Source: a virus. From it: a DNA stretch of 64,000 nt. The notes beneath the pieces are model-generated. The model was not told the DNA's origin and did not search any database. It saw only the letters and a program-made list of their open reading frames with translations. Both the position numbers and the translations under genes were made by a program. The stretch lies in IMG/VR virus record IMGVR_UViG_3300037485_001872, positions 32,001-96,000 of that record; one strand, 5' to 3'. Below are positions 1-8,485 of this stretch, piece after piece; position 1 is the stretch's first letter, and every line of letters begins with the position of its first letter.

Positions 1-191
1 TTTGTACGTGTTATTTTATTCATACCACATTTTAAACAAGGTATATTTAATAATTTATTTTGAAGATGAGAAAGATTTAATTCTTTAAACTCTCCACAAA
101 CACTGCATTCGCATTTAAACTTCCTATATATGTTAATAGTTACATCATCTACTATTCTCCAACCTTTATAATCTTTTCCTAGGTAATTCAT
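1..191 (-). CDS. N-terminus of zinc-ribbon / homing-endonuclease-like protein (runs off the window)
   Basis: Manual translation MNYLGKDYKGWRIVDD..KFKCECSVCG..PCLKCG; the CxCxxCG and CxxCG pattern is typical of phage HNH N-termini; TATATTTG promoter 4 nt before ATG. Confidence 0.55.
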   Translation of the reverse strand, partial: MNYLGKDYKGWRIVDDVTINIYRKFKCECSVCGEFKELNLSHLQNKLLNIPCLKCGMNKITRT

Positions 192-195
192 AACA

Positions 196-226
196 CAAAT
201 ATACGGCATTATTTTTAAATTTCCTA
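196..226 (-). promoter_or_regulatory. Leftward promoter TAGGAA-N17-TATATTTG
   Basis: Bacteroidota -7 element TAnnTTTG at 203-196. Confidence 0.6.
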
Positions 227-637
227 ATAGATAAAATTATATTATACAGGTGGGTATTTTATAAGTTGTGGTATTATTAAAAATTTCATATTAAAAAAAT
301 TTTTTAGGGGTCTAAAATTTAAAAATGTATTGTGTGATAGATGTACGGATAGACAATATCGTAGAAGGCCACGGCATTTTGCAAACTTGGTGCACCCCCT
401 ACCAACTTTTTACTAGCTTGTTTCTAATATCCTGCAAACCTTGTTAACCGCTTGCAAAAATATATTTATTTTAGCTCCTTTATATTTTGCCTTATAAGAC
501 CTTATTATTAGTTGGTAGGCTTATTTATATGCTAGGTTATTTATATTGCCTTATATGTTGCCTTGTTGCCTTGTTTAAGCATAATAGTTAACATGAATCT
601 ATTTAGGTTAATAGAGATTTTTATGCGGCAATTATTA

Positions 638-703
638 ATAACATTCATATGACATTCGCATGACAATTGCCTATTGCGGTTATGGTATTTAGTATTACCT
701 TTG
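638..703 (+). promoter_or_regulatory. First early promoter with triple (A)TGACA-like repeat
   Basis: ATAACA 638, ATGACA 649, ATGACA 660 (11-bp period); TACCTTTG 696-703. Confidence 0.75.
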
Positions 704-757
704 TATTGCCTTATTAATTAAACTACTTAGCACGGATTTACTCCGATGACTGAGGAA

Positions 758-769
758 CGCTCTTTGACA
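758..769 (+). promoter_or_regulatory. boxA-like antitermination element
   Basis: CGCTCTTTGACA resembles rrn boxA TGCTCTTTAACA; lies in the leader of the first early transcript. Confidence 0.45.
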
Positions 770-862
770 TCTTGGCAATTATATAGGGGGTTAACTAAGG
801 TTAACAACACAAAACCCCTATTCTATGCAAACTAATTTCAATTTTAAAGCAAATTAAAACAC

Positions 863-1768
863 ATGGAAACAAACACAATTTTAGACGGTATTTTAGCAGG
901 TAATGCGCACGTTGAATCGTTAAGGACTCAAGTAATTCAAGCCAAAAAAATGCAATTGCATTCAGGTGTTGAGGGGTTCGAAAGTCCCGAATCTTACGGG
1001 GTTTATAGACATACGGGGGGTGCACCTTTGGGGGTTGTTGGTTCAGTTTTTCAACCAATGGATTTAAACGTATTTATTGACTCGATTGAACAAAGTGTTG
1101 CTAATTGTGGCAATGGTTTGGATATATCTAAGTTACAATATGATGAGTTCAAAGGGGGTTCAAAAGTGGCCTTTTCTTTGCCCGTTAAATCTTACAAACT
1201 TAAAACCCCTCAAGTGGGGGACATAGTTGAAACGAAATTAATGTTTTCAACGGGGTTTGATGGACTAACTAAATGTAGCCTATCTTATATGACTAAGCGG
1301 TTATGGTGTACTAATGGAGCGGCTGCATGGGACAAAAAAACTAGCTTTGAACTTTCCTTTAAAAATACCATTGGGAACCAATTTAAGGTTATGATGTTTT
1401 GTGATGAGGTTATGAATTCAATTAACAATATAGAGGCTTATATTAAGCAACTAAATGAGTTGAATGAATTTAAAGTGACCAAGGAGCAACAAGACAGATT
1501 TGTGACCAAGCTAACAGGCTTTAACATGGGGGAGTATAAAGACCTTAACACTAACAAGCGAAATATTTTAGATAGAATAAATCGTGATATTCTTATTGAA
1601 AGCAATAACACGGGAATGACAGCCTTTAGCTTGTTGCAAGGTATTACAAGATACACCACTCATGAATTGGGCAAAGGGGATGTTAATGCTGTACTTTTTG
1701 ACAATGCAGCTAAACTAAACCAAAAAGCCCATGAACTTGTACTAGTGGAATCATCTAGTTGGAACTAA
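863..1768 (+). CDS. DUF932-family protein
   Basis: FSTGFDG..RLWCTNG motif and C-terminal TAFSLLQGITRYTTH helix typical of DUF932/DUF945. Confidence 0.75.
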   Translation: METNTILDGILAGNAHVESLRTQVIQAKKMQLHSGVEGFESPESYGVYRHTGGAPLGVVGSVFQPMDLNVFIDSIEQSVANCGNGLDISKLQYDEFKGGSKVAFSLPVKSYKLKTPQVGDIVETKLMFSTGFDGLTKCSLSYMTKRLWCTNGAAAWDKKTSFELSFKNTIGNQFKVMMFCDEVMNSINNIEAYIKQLNELNEFKVTKEQQDRFVTKLTGFNMGEYKDLNTNKRNILDRINRDILIESNNTGMTAFSLLQGITRYTTHELGKGDVNAVLFDNAAKLNQKAHELVLVESSSWN

Positions 1769-1774
1769 CAAAGG

Positions 1775-1798
1775 AAAGCCCCGAAAGGGGCTTTTTTT
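1775..1798 (+). terminator. Rho-independent terminator
   Basis: AAAGCCCC-GAAA-GGGGCTTT followed by T run. Confidence 0.9.
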
Positions 1799-1901
1799 AT
1801 GTCTAAATTTTAGCCCCTTTATTCTAGTTAATATAAATTAGTTAACACACATGTATAACACACACAGATTTAAACTAGTTAACACAAATATAAACACAAA
1901 T

Positions 1902-1937
1902 ATGACATTGTTATGACACAAAAAAGTTGTAACTTTG
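1902..1937 (+). promoter_or_regulatory. Promoter with ATGACA-N5-ATGACA box
   Basis: ATGACA 1902 and 1913; TAACTTTG 1930-1937. Confidence 0.75.
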
Positions 1938-1954
1938 AAGTCAAATATTAAATT

Positions 1955-2368
1955 ATGGAACCTATACTAATTACTACAGACATTGCCAAAGCTATTGGCA
2001 AGGCTATTGCCGAACAAAGCAAATCTATTCTAACTAACAGAGAAAAAGAATTCAAAGTTAGCTTTAACATTCGAGGGGATGTAAACGTAAAAAAAGGAAA
2101 CGATTTTCAACAAATAGTTAACTTTTCAATTGATTGGCAAAAAGCATTTTTATTCGCACTAAATAAGCTAAATAAAGACACGGCAAATACAGTGTTAAAG
2201 GAATTTTTACAAGCTCCTGAAATTGAAATTACAAAGGAATTCAAAACACGTTGTGATACTATCATTAAAGAAATTAAACAAGCTAGTTTAAAAACCGTAT
2301 CAGGTAAGGTTACAATTAATAATCCTTTTCTATCTACTAATGAAATAGAGGTTTGCGAAAATTGCTAA
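1955..2368 (+). CDS. Hypothetical early protein
   Basis: 137-aa ORF between promoter and terminator. Confidence 0.7.
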   Translation: MEPILITTDIAKAIGKAIAEQSKSILTNREKEFKVSFNIRGDVNVKKGNDFQQIVNFSIDWQKAFLFALNKLNKDTANTVLKEFLQAPEIEITKEFKTRCDTIIKEIKQASLKTVSGKVTINNPFLSTNEIEVCENC

Positions 2369-2386
2369 ATCGAAATAAGTTAAAAC

Positions 2387-2416
2387 AAAAAGCTCACAGA
2401 AATGTGGGCTTTTTTT
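2387..2416 (+). terminator. Rho-independent terminator
   Basis: AGCTCACA-GAAA-TGTGGGCT followed by T run. Confidence 0.85.
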
Positions 2417-2472
2417 ATGACACAAAGATGACATTAAAAAGCTTGTATAATTAAAAAATAGTTGTACCTTTG
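2417..2472 (+). promoter_or_regulatory. Promoter with ATGACA-N5-ATGACA box
   Basis: ATGACA 2417 and 2428; CTTG -33; TACCTTTG 2465-2472. Confidence 0.75.
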
Positions 2473-2491
2473 AGTAACAAATTAAAACATC

Positions 2492-2749
2492 ATGCATAAA
2501 AACTTAGTAGTAACTCGCACAGGCCAAACGGCCACAGGTAAATTAGGCAATTTAATCGGCCACAGTATGGACAGTTCAAACACTGTAAGACCTTTGTCAG
2601 CAAGTGACAAACATTTGCAGCAAATGAATTTAGCTCGTATACGTTTGGCCAAATCATTTGTAGAACCTGAATTGTCAAATGAATTAGCAAAATTCGAAGC
2701 TAGTTTAATTGAATCTAAGGAAGACTTTTATGACATTCAAACTAACTAA
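2492..2749 (+). CDS. Hypothetical early protein
   Basis: 85-aa ORF directly after promoter. Confidence 0.6.
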   Translation: MHKNLVVTRTGQTATGKLGNLIGHSMDSSNTVRPLSASDKHLQQMNLARIRLAKSFVEPELSNELAKFEASLIESKEDFYDIQTN

Positions 2750-2767
2750 AATGAAACGCTTAAAATT

Positions 2768-2794
2768 AGCTCGCTGTAAAAAGCGGGCTTTTTT
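2768..2794 (+). terminator. Rho-independent terminator
   Basis: AGCTCGCT-GTAAAA-AGCGGGCT followed by T run. Confidence 0.7.
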
Positions 2795-2882
2795 ATTGGT
2801 TGAAAGTATTAATATAGATAAGTTTGTTTATATCTATATTAGTTTGTGTACAATTATTGGTGGGCTTTCCTTACTTTATTTG

Positions 2883-2937
2883 ATGACAAAAAGATGACAA
2901 AACTATTTTGCAGTGTTATAATTAAGTTGTAAATTTG
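2883..2937 (+). promoter_or_regulatory. Promoter with ATGACA-N5-ATGACA box
   Basis: ATGACA 2883 and 2894; TTTG 2907; TAAATTTG 2930-2937. Confidence 0.75.
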
Positions 2938-3003
2938 TATCCTAATGATAGAGGTAATAATCCAAACGATAGTTATTTATTCAATCCTAATTTATAACCT
3001 CCT

Positions 3004-3645
3004 ATGTTTATAAAGTTTCAAACTAAGGTGGTAAAACGTAAACAAGTGGTTAAACGTTTGCTATTCTATTACGAGCAAGCCACAGCCACTGAATTAACGT
3101 ACAATTGGTATGTAGAAGCAAACCAATTTTGCCGTGAATTATCCACAGCTTTTAAAACACCATTGTTTCAAGTTGCTGGCATAGTTTCTGCAATGAGTCC
3201 CCAAAAAAATTGGCAAGAAAATAAAAAGCTTGCCTATCAATTCATGAAAGGTAAACGAGGTGGACAAACTAAGCAGCAAATTTTAAAAGCTGAAAGGTGC
3301 TTGATATGTGACAGTGAAACTGAAATATTTTCGTTGCTAACTAAGAAGGGATTAAAAACAAGTTACTTTTATACTAACTTATTACACCCTGATTTTGACA
3401 GTGGGGTGACAATTGATAGACATGCAATCGGTGCTAGTTTAAATGAATTAAAAGACATTAACACAAACATGAAAGCTGCCGTGTTAACAAAGCCACAGTA
3501 CGATTTTTTTGCCTCATGCTTCAATGATGTAGCAAAGGTCAAAAAAGTATTACCATTACAAGTACAAGCCACAGTTTGGCAAAGCTACAGACGGTTGAAA
3601 GGACTTGTTGAAAGTTATAACACAAACGAAGATATTCCATTTTAG
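3004..3645 (+). CDS. Conserved phage protein (DUF7178-like, possibly HhH-glycosylase-like fold)
   Basis: WY..A, VAGIVSAMSPQKNW..N, G.KT..FY.N, VTIDRHA, P.QVQA.VW motifs. Confidence 0.55.
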   Translation: MFIKFQTKVVKRKQVVKRLLFYYEQATATELTYNWYVEANQFCRELSTAFKTPLFQVAGIVSAMSPQKNWQENKKLAYQFMKGKRGGQTKQQILKAERCLICDSETEIFSLLTKKGLKTSYFYTNLLHPDFDSGVTIDRHAIGASLNELKDINTNMKAAVLTKPQYDFFASCFNDVAKVKKVLPLQVQATVWQSYRRLKGLVESYNTNEDIPF

Positions 3646-3647
3646 TT

Positions 3648-3884
3648 ATGATAGATTGTAGTACTTATTACGTTTATGCTAATGGTGAAAGGATTGGTAA
3701 AACCATTACGGTTAATGATGGTGTAGATGTTATGGAAAGCATCATGCAAAAAATCAATTCAATTAAGCATTCAAATTATTACACCACAGAATTCAAATCC
3801 AAACTAACTAATATAACCTTCAAAAGGATATATGGTGGACACAGAAATGAAGGAGTTAATTACCACAATGACTTTATATTTTAA
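3648..3884 (+). CDS. Hypothetical protein
   Basis: 78-aa ORF abutting previous gene. Confidence 0.55.
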   Translation: MIDCSTYYVYANGERIGKTITVNDGVDVMESIMQKINSIKHSNYYTTEFKSKLTNITFKRIYGGHRNEGVNYHNDFIF

Positions 3885-3938
3885 TGACAAAAAAATGACA
3901 CAGAAACTTTTTTAATTCAAAAATGTTTCGTACCTTTG
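3884..3938 (+). promoter_or_regulatory. Promoter with ATGACA-N5-ATGACA box, leaderless start
   Basis: ATGACA 3884 and 3895; TACCTTTG 3931-3938; ATG at 3943. Confidence 0.75.
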
Positions 3939-3942
3939 AATC

Positions 3943-4449
3943 ATGGAAGTAATATATAAAGAAGATGGCCGAGGTACTATCATCACTCCTTTTTTTCATG
4001 AGGTTTATAATAAAAAGGAAAGGATTGAAGTGAATTTTAGCTCATTAGCTAAAGAAATCTTTTCGTTTGCTAAATATGGTGTTATTCAATTTATCATTGA
4101 AACAGACTCTTTAGAAAAAGCAGTTGAATTAGCCAAGGATAGAATAAATCTATTATTTCCTATGTATCCTAAACAAAATGAAATTATAAAGGTTACGGGC
4201 TTTAAATATAATAATGAAAATGTAAAAGTTCCATTTGAGTTATCATTCATGGAAAATACACATCACCAAAATCAATTCACTGCTAATTCCTATAAAACTA
4301 AAATAGGTGACTTATTAAGATATGATTGTAACGGAGATGGTTGGGGATTTTGGTATATTGTAGATGACAATGGAAAAAGAATTTCTGAAAGGTTAAAAGG
4401 AACAACATTTTTAGGTGCAATATCTGATGGTATAATTACAAAGAAATAA
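3943..4449 (+). CDS. Hypothetical protein
   Basis: 168-aa ORF. Confidence 0.65.
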   Translation: MEVIYKEDGRGTIITPFFHEVYNKKERIEVNFSSLAKEIFSFAKYGVIQFIIETDSLEKAVELAKDRINLLFPMYPKQNEIIKVTGFKYNNENVKVPFELSFMENTHHQNQFTANSYKTKIGDLLRYDCNGDGWGFWYIVDDNGKRISERLKGTTFLGAISDGIITKK

Positions 4450-4504
4450 GTGACAAAAAAATGACAAAAAGATTTTGTAGTGTAACGAAAAAATCGTACC
4501 TTTA
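4450..4504 (+). promoter_or_regulatory. Promoter of non-coding island, with TGACA box
   Basis: GTGACA 4450, ATGACA 4461; TTTG 4474; TACCTTTA 4497-4504 (one mismatch to -7 consensus). Confidence 0.6.
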
Positions 4505-4689
4505 AATCATCCAAAACTTGGCTTAGTATCCAAAATACAGAGTAGGGGAGCCATGGTTGAAACAAATTGGGTAAAGGAAACAGTTAATCAATATAAACAA
4601 AAATAGTTGTCCATGATGTTGAGAAATGTAGGGGGAATAATGTAGATTTCCCCAAAGTTTCTTTCTTAGGACTAAAAAATAATTAAAAT

Positions 4690-4826
4690 GGGGGATTAGT
4701 AGTAGCGGTTAGAATAGCTAACGTGTAAAGGATAACAAAAGTGGAGTAATTACCCACCATGTTAAACTTCGGATAAACCGAAAAAATACACTTTAGAAGA
4801 CACGGGTTCAAATCCCGTATCCCTCT
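4690..4826 (+). ncRNA. tRNA-like RNA with structured insert replacing the anticodon loop
   Basis: Acceptor stem GGGGGAT 4690-4696 / ATCCCTC 4819-4825; T-arm ACGGG-TTCAAAT-CCCGT 4802-4818; D-loop-like TAGCGGTTAG; stem CTAACGTGTA 4718-4727 / TACACTTTAG 4787-4796. Confidence 0.6.
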
Positions 4827-5212
4827 GCCCAAATTTATATTCCGAAAGGAACGAACAACGAGGCGTCAGCACACGCCTACAATCTAACCTAGTTAGAAGA
4901 GAATTTGGGGTAAAAACACTGCACCGCCCAATATATGTGGCCATCGCAAAGTTGAATTTAGTTCAACAACAAGCCTCGCCTCGTTGAAATTCACAGCGGG
5001 GTTGAGGTAGTGAAATGAAATCAGGAATGTACGTTAAACTAGGGGAACTAAAATACATGTTCCTAGGATTTACAGACTATAAACAAAAATATTGTTTCTT
5101 AGCTGATATACATGGTAACACACATACACAACTTCGTAAAAATTTAACCATATGCATATAATCACCATCCTTGTTATCTTATTTCTTTTATCTGTAATTA
5201 CAGCAAACCGAA

Positions 5213-5404
5213 ATGGAAGCAGAAATAATTAAGAAGCTTGAACGTGGTATTTTTAGAATAACACAAGGTACTGGCACAGCAGTTTCTGAGCGTTGTGGGT
5301 TCTATTTTAAGCTATTAAAGCCACTGAATGAGTTTATGTATGAGGATTTATTTGAAAAATATAAAAAAGCATTACAATTCCGTGACAATAAATTGAAAAA
5401 ATAG
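5213..5404 (+). CDS. Hypothetical protein
   Basis: 63-aa ORF. Confidence 0.5.
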   Translation: MEAEIIKKLERGIFRITQGTGTAVSERCGFYFKLLKPLNEFMYEDLFEKYKKALQFRDNKLKK

Positions 5405-5415
5405 TTGTAGCTTTG
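5371..5415 (+). promoter_or_regulatory. Promoter with degenerate TKACA box
   Basis: ATTACA 5371, GTGACA 5382; TAGCTTTG 5408-5415. Confidence 0.65.
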
Positions 5416-5433
5416 AAGCATAATATTTAACAC

Positions 5434-5736
5434 ATGAACATACAAGAAAACATCATCAGAGAAAAAATCACCTTTAGAGGTGGAGGAGTTGAAATCAGTC
5501 TTAACTCAGTTGGATTTGAAGGAGAAAAAATGACTGCCTACCAAAATTATTTAGGAGGAGGTATGCTAGGTAGAATAGCAAATGACTGCACCATTAAAAA
5601 TTGGAGAGATAATTCTGAGCTAGTTAAAATAGCAGACGAGCTTAGTAGATATATGTTTGAGGTTACAAATCCTGAGGGAGATTGGGAGAGTACTACCTAT
5701 GAACAGAACCAAAACCTACCTATATCAGCTTATTAA
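5434..5736 (+). CDS. Hypothetical protein
   Basis: 100-aa ORF after promoter. Confidence 0.65.
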   Translation: MNIQENIIREKITFRGGGVEISLNSVGFEGEKMTAYQNYLGGGMLGRIANDCTIKNWRDNSELVKIADELSRYMFEVTNPEGDWESTTYEQNQNLPISAY

Positions 5737-5792
5737 TCATGAACAAAGAATTGGTAATGTAGTAACTTTTTATCGTTAAAATAAATAATAAA

Positions 5793-5999
5793 ATGAGAAC
5801 ATTTAAAGAATTAAAACAGTCGATTGACAATAACGAAGAATTGGTGTGGAATGACCCAGACCCGATAAAAAACAATGATTATACTATCACATACATTGAA
5901 CCGATTAATGAGGACTTTGATGAATATACACCTATATTAATACAATATGGTGGTGGTAGTGAGGCTGAAGTATTTTTACATGAAATTTTAAAAAAGTAA
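5793..5999 (+). CDS. Hypothetical acidic protein
   Basis: 68-aa ORF with A-rich leader. Confidence 0.6.
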   Translation: MRTFKELKQSIDNNEELVWNDPDPIKNNDYTITYIEPINEDFDEYTPILIQYGGGSEAEVFLHEILKK

Positions 6000-6003
6000 T
6001 ACA

Positions 6004-6411
6004 ATGAATAAGCAAGAAACAATAAAAACAATCAGAGAAATCATCAGTAATTGGGGAAGTCCGATTACTGACGCAGATATGGAACTAATCAGTTCACCCA
6101 TCATCAACCAGGTGAGCAAAGACCATTTTAGTTTGGCAGAAAGTTTCCATCTCGACTATGTGGGTGTAACAACTTATGTACACGAAATTGTAACCGATGA
6201 AACCGATATGTCATACGAAGACCTTTCGGAAGATATACTAAAAAAAGTAATCATTGCGTTTGTTATTGAAAACTTCAATGAGTTTCAATTGGTTAATACC
6301 ACTAAAGAAAAATTTCGTCCTTACATATATGACAGTGAGGGAGAATATTTAATTGGTGGTGAAGAAGTGGCCGTGTTTATTGAAAGTTTCATAAAACTTT
6401 ATAGTAACTAA
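6004..6411 (+). CDS. Hypothetical acidic protein
   Basis: 135-aa ORF, tight operon spacing. Confidence 0.65.
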   Translation: MNKQETIKTIREIISNWGSPITDADMELISSPIINQVSKDHFSLAESFHLDYVGVTTYVHEIVTDETDMSYEDLSEDILKKVIIAFVIENFNEFQLVNTTKEKFRPYIYDSEGEYLIGGEEVAVFIESFIKLYSN

Positions 6412-6412
6412 G

Positions 6413-6730
6413 ATGAAAACAGAAGATATTTTTTTCGAAAATTATACACCCGAATATAATCAGGTGTTATTAAAAGAACTACAAGCCAAAGAAGATACGG
6501 GTTCAACGCTACCCGAAGATATGTGTTCGTGGAATGGTTGTATGTATGAAACATATGGAGAAGAATTAGATTATGTTATAAAACAACCGAGTAACCGTAT
6601 ATGGACAATCATAGAAGAGGATGGAGTAATGTATATTTCAGCAGGTTATCATATAGTTAACAGATTGGGCTATTTTATTACTAATGAGGAAATCACTGAC
6701 TTTTCAGAAGACTATTTAATAGAGGAATAA
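6413..6730 (+). CDS. Hypothetical acidic protein
   Basis: 105-aa ORF with YETYGEE..IWT..GYH.VNRLGY motif. Confidence 0.65.
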   Translation: MKTEDIFFENYTPEYNQVLLKELQAKEDTGSTLPEDMCSWNGCMYETYGEELDYVIKQPSNRIWTIIEEDGVMYISAGYHIVNRLGYFITNEEITDFSEDYLIEE

Positions 6731-7032
6731 TGCAAATAGTATTCAATAAAGAAACCGCTGTAGTTGGTAGCATGGATGGTATACATGTATTCAATACCAT
6801 TAACATTGAAAAGCCTGAATACAACTGCCCCGAAGAAGTTGTGGATAAGGTGGTGGAAATGTTTAATGAGGGATATGACTTATCTTGTATAGATGAATGT
6901 TTATTATATGCTAATTGCACAACAGAAGCAAGAGAGGTAATGGTGGAGGGGTTATATAAAATAATGTACCAACCAAAGCTTAATATTGGTAATGATACTT
7001 TTGACACTTATACAGGAGAACTATGCAAATAA
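6730..7032 (+). CDS. Hypothetical acidic protein
   Basis: 100-aa ORF, TAATG overlap with previous stop. Confidence 0.65.
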   Translation: MQIVFNKETAVVGSMDGIHVFNTINIEKPEYNCPEEVVDKVVEMFNEGYDLSCIDECLLYANCTTEAREVMVEGLYKIMYQPKLNIGNDTFDTYTGELCK

Positions 7033-7247
7033 TATTCGGAAACATAACCTTTAACCACCTGAGCCAAGGAGAGCTTAGTTTGTTTAAAACCAAAAAAGAT
7101 TTGAAGGCTCTTATACACCGTGTAGACCTTACATTGGATGTGAAGGAGGAGAAGCTTGTGGATGTAATTGATTTGAATGAAGGAAACTATTCAGCATGGA
7201 TTGTTCCCGCAAAATTTGAAGGAGAAATTATTTATGAACAAAAATAA
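7023..7247 (+). CDS. Hypothetical protein
   Basis: 74-aa ORF overlapping previous stop. Confidence 0.55.
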   Translation: MQIIFGNITFNHLSQGELSLFKTKKDLKALIHRVDLTLDVKEEKLVDVIDLNEGNYSAWIVPAKFEGEIIYEQK

Positions 7248-7458
7248 ATTAACACAACAGGAACGTGATGAAATTAGCAAGGCTAAGAGTACACACAAAG
7301 GACGACTGAAAAATCAAGCAGCAGAAATGCAAGCAGCAAGCCATGACTTAATTCGTCAGGTGCTTCTAAATGATACTCCTAATTGGGGTGGAATGAAACT
7401 AAATGGGATAGATATTGACACGCCATCTCGTAGTGTTTACAAAACATTCAAAAGATAA
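7234..7458 (+). CDS. Hypothetical protein
   Basis: ORF-track 7177..7458; likelier start ATG 7234 (MNKNKL). Confidence 0.55.
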   Translation: MNKNKLTQQERDEISKAKSTHKGRLKNQAAEMQAASHDLIRQVLLNDTPNWGGMKLNGIDIDTPSRSVYKTFKR

Positions 7459-7675
7459 TGGGAGGCTTTGTATTTATTATGGCTGTAGGAATATTTTTTT
7501 ATTGGCTTGGAACGTATGCCGAAAAATAAAATTTATTTCAGTGAAGCTCAACAAGGCTATTGTGAGGGAACTCTCTCAGGTAACAGAAGTGGGAACCAAA
7601 AGGAAATCATTTTGCCCAATGGTAAAAGCATACTACTTTATGAGTATCAATATAGCACGACAATGGTTACGTATC

Positions 7676-7732
7676 CTGACAGAAAATTGACAAAGTGTTT
7701 GTGCGGAAATTCAACTAAATAACGTATCTTTG
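7676..7732 (+). promoter_or_regulatory. Promoter with TGACA box, leaderless start
   Basis: CTGACA 7676, TTGACA 7687; TATCTTTG 7725-7732; ATG 7737. Confidence 0.7.
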
Positions 7733-8057
7733 TAACATGAAACACTATCAATATTTTTTCAAAACAGAAAGTGGAGAAACTAAGTTGGCTTGGGGTGTAG
7801 CAAAAAGTGAGACGGCATTAAGAAGTAGCCTAGCTAATTTAGATATTCACGGCATCTCTAGGGGACGAGCTAAAACACACAAAAAATGTATTTCCATCTA
7901 ATCTTATATTGCATTTCTCTTCTCTTTAAAAAGAGGACAAATAATATATAATTTTATTGATTTGGATATTCCAATTAATTGTTGTACATTTGTACTTCGT
8001 TATTGGTTCGATTAATACTATAACTTAGGCCGTTCGCAAAACTTGATAAATCCTAAG

Positions 8058-8095
8058 AAACCCTGTTGGAAATCGAACTTCTAGCAGGGTTTTTT
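8058..8095 (+). terminator. Terminator/attenuator hairpin
   Basis: AAACCCTGTTGGAA / TTCTAGCAGGGTTT followed by T run; promoter TACATTTG at 7985-7992. Confidence 0.7.
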
Positions 8096-8410
8096 ATTGC
8101 CCGTTGTTGTATTGGATTAAACAAGTTAAAATAAATCCTCGGTGGCGAAAACGGAAATACATACTAATAAATAAAGGTGGTTGAAGTCCATATGTGTCTT
8201 GTAAACGGTTTGACATTTATGGCGGGTGATAGAAATTAATAAGGCCGCATTTATTAAAAGACAATAAAAGAAAGTAAGTCTGGATGATTTGCTTCTCCTG
8301 AAAGGGAACTCAAGTATTGTTATTTAGCTTAATGATTCTAATAGAATGACAATCGGGGAAGGTATCACCCAAGATAAAAACCGTTTTATGCAAACTAGGG
8401 TAGAATTCAA

Positions 8411-8466
8411 ATGACAAACAAATGACAATTTCCCTATTGTAATTCCCAAATATAGTTGTAGCTTTG
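8411..8466 (+). promoter_or_regulatory. Promoter with ATGACA-N5-ATGACA box
   Basis: ATGACA 8411 and 8422; TAGCTTTG 8459-8466. Confidence 0.75.
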
Positions 8467-8485
8467 TGTTGTAATATTATAGCAT

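Noticed and set aside
2709-2897. 62-aa + strand ORF
   Set aside because: TTG start inside the previous gene and runs through a terminator; only a shorter membrane peptide is possible and it is unsupported
4690-4830. tmRNA or a standard tRNA gene
   Set aside because: Only ~137 nt, no tag reading frame, no G3-U70 pair, no CCA and no 7-nt anticodon loop; kept as a tRNA-like ncRNA instead
8135-8200. tRNA-like fragment GGTGGCGAAAACGG..GGTTGAAGTCC
   Set aside because: No acceptor or anticodon stem can be formed and the T-loop is non-canonical
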